From Deinococcaceae bacterium (GTDB lineage Bacteria > Deinococcota > Deinococci > Deinococcales > Trueperaceae), in assembly GCA_040256005.1 (NCBI GenBank), contig JBDZWC010000022.1, positions 1-30,869 on the forward strand: a DNA stretch of 30,869 bases, in the 5' to 3' direction. Under the pieces are notes generated by a model that saw only the letters and a list, made by a program, of their open reading frames with translations, ran no database searches and was not told the DNA's origin. Positions 28,086 to 30,869 of the stretch are shown piece after piece. How positions within the stretch are numbered: position 1 is the first letter of the stretch; every line of letters begins with the position of its first letter. The position numbers and the translations under genes were made by a program.

Positions 28086-29570
28086 GTGACGATGGGCAGG
28101 CTCTGGACGATGGTGCTCGCTCTGCTGCTGTTGGGACTATTGGCGGTGGGGGTGAGCCAGGACGGTGGGGGTCCGGACTGGGGCCGCGAAGCGGTAGGCC
28201 AGCTGAGCGAGGCGGGCTTCGAGCTCGCGTTCCCTGACGGGTCGTTCCTCGGAGAAGGCGCGGTGACCGGCTATCAGGCCGCCTACCTCGTCGACAGGCT
28301 GCTGGCCAGGGCCGACGCCAGCACCGGCTGCACCGATGCGATGGCGGGCCTCCCTGACCCGGACTTCGCCTTCACGGACGTGCCGGCCGACCACTGGGCG
28401 GCCGGCGCCGCCGACCGCGTGGCCGCGCTGGGCGTGCGCGACGCTTTCCCAGACGGGCAGTTCAAGGGCGAGGAGTTCCTGACGGGCTTCCAGACCGCGG
28501 CGCTCCTCGCCGGTGCGGTCGCGGCCGTGGACGCCAAGGTGGCGTGCGGCGAGGAGTCTGTCACCGAGCGCCTGGGCGCGATGGGGGAAGAGGTGCAGTC
28601 GATCCGCGCCGACATAGCGGCCGGTGCACTACAGGGACCGCCGGGTCCCGAGGGGCCTCCCGGGCCGGCCGGACCACAGGGTGAACAAGGGCCGCCCGGG
28701 CAGGACGGCGCCGCCGGGCCCCCCGGGCCTCCTGGCGAGACCGGGCCGGCCGGACCCGCGGGACCAGAGGGCCCGGCCGGTGCTGACGGGTTGCCGGGTG
28801 ACGTCGGTCCTGCCGGGCCGCCCGGACCAGCCGGTCCCGCCGGACCCGCGGGCCCCGTCGGACCTGCCGGAGAGCCCGGTCCTGCCGGCCCCGCCGGCCT
28901 GGCCTGCTGGGACACCGACGGCGACGGCGCTCCCGGCGCTGCCGAGGACCTGAACCAGGACGGCTTGTGGAACACCGACGACTGCATCGGCCCCACTGGT
29001 CCGATCGGACCGCAGGGGCCGCCCGGGCTCGACGGCCTCGCCGGCCCACCCGGGCCCATGGGACCGCCGGGGCCGGCCGGTGAGCCCGGGCCACAGGGCC
29101 CGCAGGGCATGCCGGGAGACCCAGGGCCGATGGGGCCGCCCGGACCGCAAGGCGAGGTCGGTCCGCAAGGGTTGACCGGGCCGCAGGGCGATCCGGGGCC
29201 GCAAGGTGAGCCGGGGCCGCAAGGCCCGATCGGACCCGAGGGACCTACCGGACCTCAGGGTGAACCGGGTCAGCAAGGGCCCGCGGGACCAACCGGACCT
29301 AAGGGTGACAAGGGCGATCAAGGTGACCCAGGTCCTCAGGGCCCCAAGGGCGACAAAGGTGACCCCGGCCCGGAGGGCCCGCCCGGCGAATGCGAGTGTG
29401 AGACGCCCGCCCTGCTGGGAAGTACCGGCACGGAGACCATCTCGCCGCTACCCACGGTGCTGCGGGTGGGCACGGATACTCTCCCCACCTGTGCGCTGGC
29501 CTCGCTCCCGTCCGGCGTGGACTACGTGATTCGCCCTCTCCCGAAGGAGGCCTTCGCCGCCGGAGGCTGA
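28086..29570 (+). CDS. Secreted SLH-domain collagen-like protein 1
   Basis: Signal peptide; two SLH-like repeats ([42 protein letters not shown]); 30 + 45 Gly-X-Y triplets split by a Cys-flanked acidic insert; short C-terminal tail after GECEC. Confidence 0.85.
   Translation: MTMGRLWTMVLALLLLGLLAVGVSQDGGGPDWGREAVGQLSEAGFELAFPDGSFLGEGAVTGYQAAYLVDRLLARADASTGCTDAMAGLPDPDFAFTDVPADHWAAGAADRVAALGVRDAFPDGQFKGEEFLTGFQTAALLAGAVAAVDAKVACGEESVTERLGAMGEEVQSIRADIAAGALQGPPGPEGPPGPAGPQGEQGPPGQDGAAGPPGPPGETGPAGPAGPEGPAGADGLPGDVGPAGPPGPAGPAGPAGPVGPAGEPGPAGPAGLACWDTDGDGAPGAAEDLNQDGLWNTDDCIGPTGPIGPQGPPGLDGLAGPPGPMGPPGPAGEPGPQGPQGMPGDPGPMGPPGPQGEVGPQGLTGPQGDPGPQGEPGPQGPIGPEGPTGPQGEPGQQGPAGPTGPKGDKGDQGDPGPQGPKGDKGDPGPEGPPGECECETPALLGSTGTETISPLPTVLRVGTDTLPTCALASLPSGVDYVIRPLPKEAFAAGG
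28635..29393 (+). repeat. Collagen Gly-X-Y coding repeat (9-bp period)
   Basis: 30 triplets, a 27-aa insert plus Ile, then 45 triplets. Confidence 0.9.
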
Positions 29571-29592
29571 CTTAAGAACCCCACATGCGTCT

Positions 29593-29622
29593 GGCGCGCG
29601 GCTTGTCATCAGGCCGCGCGCC
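29593..29622 (+). terminator. GC-rich hairpin between the two collagen genes (possible terminator or stabilising stem)
   Basis: GGCGCGCGGCTTG-TCAT-CAGGCCGCGCGCC, 13-bp stem with one G.U pair; no clear U tract. Confidence 0.45.
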
Positions 29623-29641
29623 GATTCATCTAGGCTGGAGC

Positions 29642-30676
29642 ATGGAGCAAAGGAGAAGGGCTTCGCGCGCGGCGAGGCGGCTGTTGCCGACGTCGGTGAT
29701 CGTCCTGCTCGCGGCTTTCGGGCTCACGCAGGGCGGGGACGACCAGTGGGGCCGGGCTGCGGTCCAGGGCCTCAATCAGGGCGGGGTTGACGTCACGTTC
29801 CCCGACGGTTCGTTCCTCGGCGAGGGGACGCTAACCGGCTACCAGGCGGCCGTTCTGGTTGACAGGCTGCTGTCGCAGGTGGACGCGGCGACGGGTTGCC
29901 CCGACCAGCTCGTCGCCGGCACCGACACGTTCACGTTCGCCGATGTACCGGCCGGGCACTGGGCGGCCGGTTCCGTGGCCCGCCTGGCGACGCTTGGTAT
30001 CAGCGACGCCTTCCCGGATGGCGAGTTCAGAGGAGACGGCTTCCTGACCGGCTACCAGACGGCGCTGCTGCTGGAGCGGGCGCTGAGCTTGGCGATGGAG
30101 AAGGTGGAGTGCGGCGAGGCGCGGCTGTACGAACGGGTCGACTCGCTGGGCGCGCGGCTGGGTGAGGTGCTCGCCGCCATGGAAGCGGGCGAGTTCGTCG
30201 GGCCGCCCGGACCGGAGGGTCCGCAGGGCCCGGTGGGTGAGCCGGGTCCCATGGGGCCGCAGGGTCCCCCCGGTCCACAGGGCGAGCGCGGCCCCATCGG
30301 GTTGCCCGGCCCCACCGGCGAGCCAGGCCCGACCGGCGCGGTCGGGCCGCAGGGCCCGGTCGGACCTCAGGGCGAGACGGGCACGCCGGGGGCGCCAGGT
30401 GCCGCCTGTTGGGACGTGAACGGTGACGGCCTCGCCGGAGCCGAAGAGGACTCGAACGGTGACGGCGCCGTGGACCTGTTCGATTGTCGCGGCATCCCGG
30501 GGCCACAGGGACCGGCCGGGCCACCCGGGCCGCAGGGACCAGTGGGTCCTCAGGGTCCCGCCGGGCCCATGGGTCCGGAAGGACCCGAAGGCCCGCCCGG
30601 TCCGCCCGGACCCCAGGGCCCGGCCGGGCCTCAGGGTCCGCAAGGGCCGCAGGGTCCTCCAGGGGCCCCGGGTTAG
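29642..30676 (+). CDS. Secreted SLH-domain collagen-like protein 2 (paralogue of protein 1)
   Basis: Same architecture: signal peptide, two SLH-like repeats, 23 + 20 Gly-X-Y triplets around the same insert; ends in collagen. Start ATG 29642 is preceded by TAGGCT 5 nt upstream. Confidence 0.85.
   Translation: MEQRRRASRAARRLLPTSVIVLLAAFGLTQGGDDQWGRAAVQGLNQGGVDVTFPDGSFLGEGTLTGYQAAVLVDRLLSQVDAATGCPDQLVAGTDTFTFADVPAGHWAAGSVARLATLGISDAFPDGEFRGDGFLTGYQTALLLERALSLAMEKVECGEARLYERVDSLGARLGEVLAAMEAGEFVGPPGPEGPQGPVGEPGPMGPQGPPGPQGERGPIGLPGPTGEPGPTGAVGPQGPVGPQGETGTPGAPGAACWDVNGDGLAGAEEDSNGDGAVDLFDCRGIPGPQGPAGPPGPQGPVGPQGPAGPMGPEGPEGPPGPPGPQGPAGPQGPQGPQGPPGAPG
30200..30673 (+). repeat. Collagen Gly-X-Y coding repeat (9-bp period)
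   Basis: 23 triplets, a 27-aa insert plus Arg, then 20 triplets. Confidence 0.9.
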
Positions 30677-30733
30677 ACGGTCCAGGGCTCTAAAAGGTGG
30701 ATCGAGGGCCAGAAGGGCGTCGCTGGCCAGGGT

Positions 30734-30868
30734 TCAGTCGTCGTCTCCCTCGGGCCCGCCTCCACCGCCATCGCCTCCACCGCCGCCGCCTCCACCGGAG
30801 CCGACCGTGATCGTGAAGGTCTGGGCCTCGGACGTGTTGTCTCCCGGTTCGCTGTCCCTGGCCACGAC
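30734..30868 (-). CDS. C-terminal fragment of a probable Ig/cadherin-like repeat surface protein (enters from the right edge)
   Basis: Hand translation: VVARDSEPGDNTSEAQTFTITVGSGGGGGGGGDGGGGGPEGDDD*; the 'V.A.D....S..TFTITV' pattern is typical of the last strands of Ig-like repeats. Confidence 0.55.
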   Translation of the reverse strand, partial: VVARDSEPGDNTSEAQTFTITVGSGGGGGGGGDGGGGGPEGDDD

Positions 30869-30869
30869 C

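Noticed and set aside
28283..29110. Minus-strand Gly-Pro repeat ORFs over the collagen genes
   Set aside because: The reverse complement of GGN-CCN codons automatically gives Gly/Pro repeats; no independent evidence

Overview
GC-rich bacterial chromosomal window, most consistent with Deinococcota (Trueperaceae-like). Support for this comes from a Thermus-type homoisocitrate dehydrogenase, an EF-G2 paralogue, SlpA-type SLH motifs and many TAnnnT -10 boxes sitting 5-8 nt before start codons. The left two-thirds is mostly housekeeping: a partial secreted cell-wall protein, an HExxH peptidase, a hicd-ftsX-envC-cyclase run lacking ftsE, a DUF4388/HAMP pair, glyA, an SDR, CYTH, EF-G2, a HemC-like protein, metK, GNAT and NYN. 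The right third is a cell-surface locus: a TolC-like gene heading four nucleotide-sugar genes (ending in rfbF), divergent wzc-like and ugd genes, a secreted TPR protein, two paralogous SLH-collagen proteins and the tail of an Ig-like protein. The most unusual items are a full-length HemC paralogue that has lost its cofactor Cys and catalytic Asp, the tandem SLH-anchored collagens with an identical-length Cys-flanked Dx[DN]xDG insert, and a 53-bp tandem array of multi-hairpin units whose substitutions mostly preserve pairing. No CRISPR array, rRNA, tRNA or transposase was seen. All family calls come from motif recognition by eye, not database searches.
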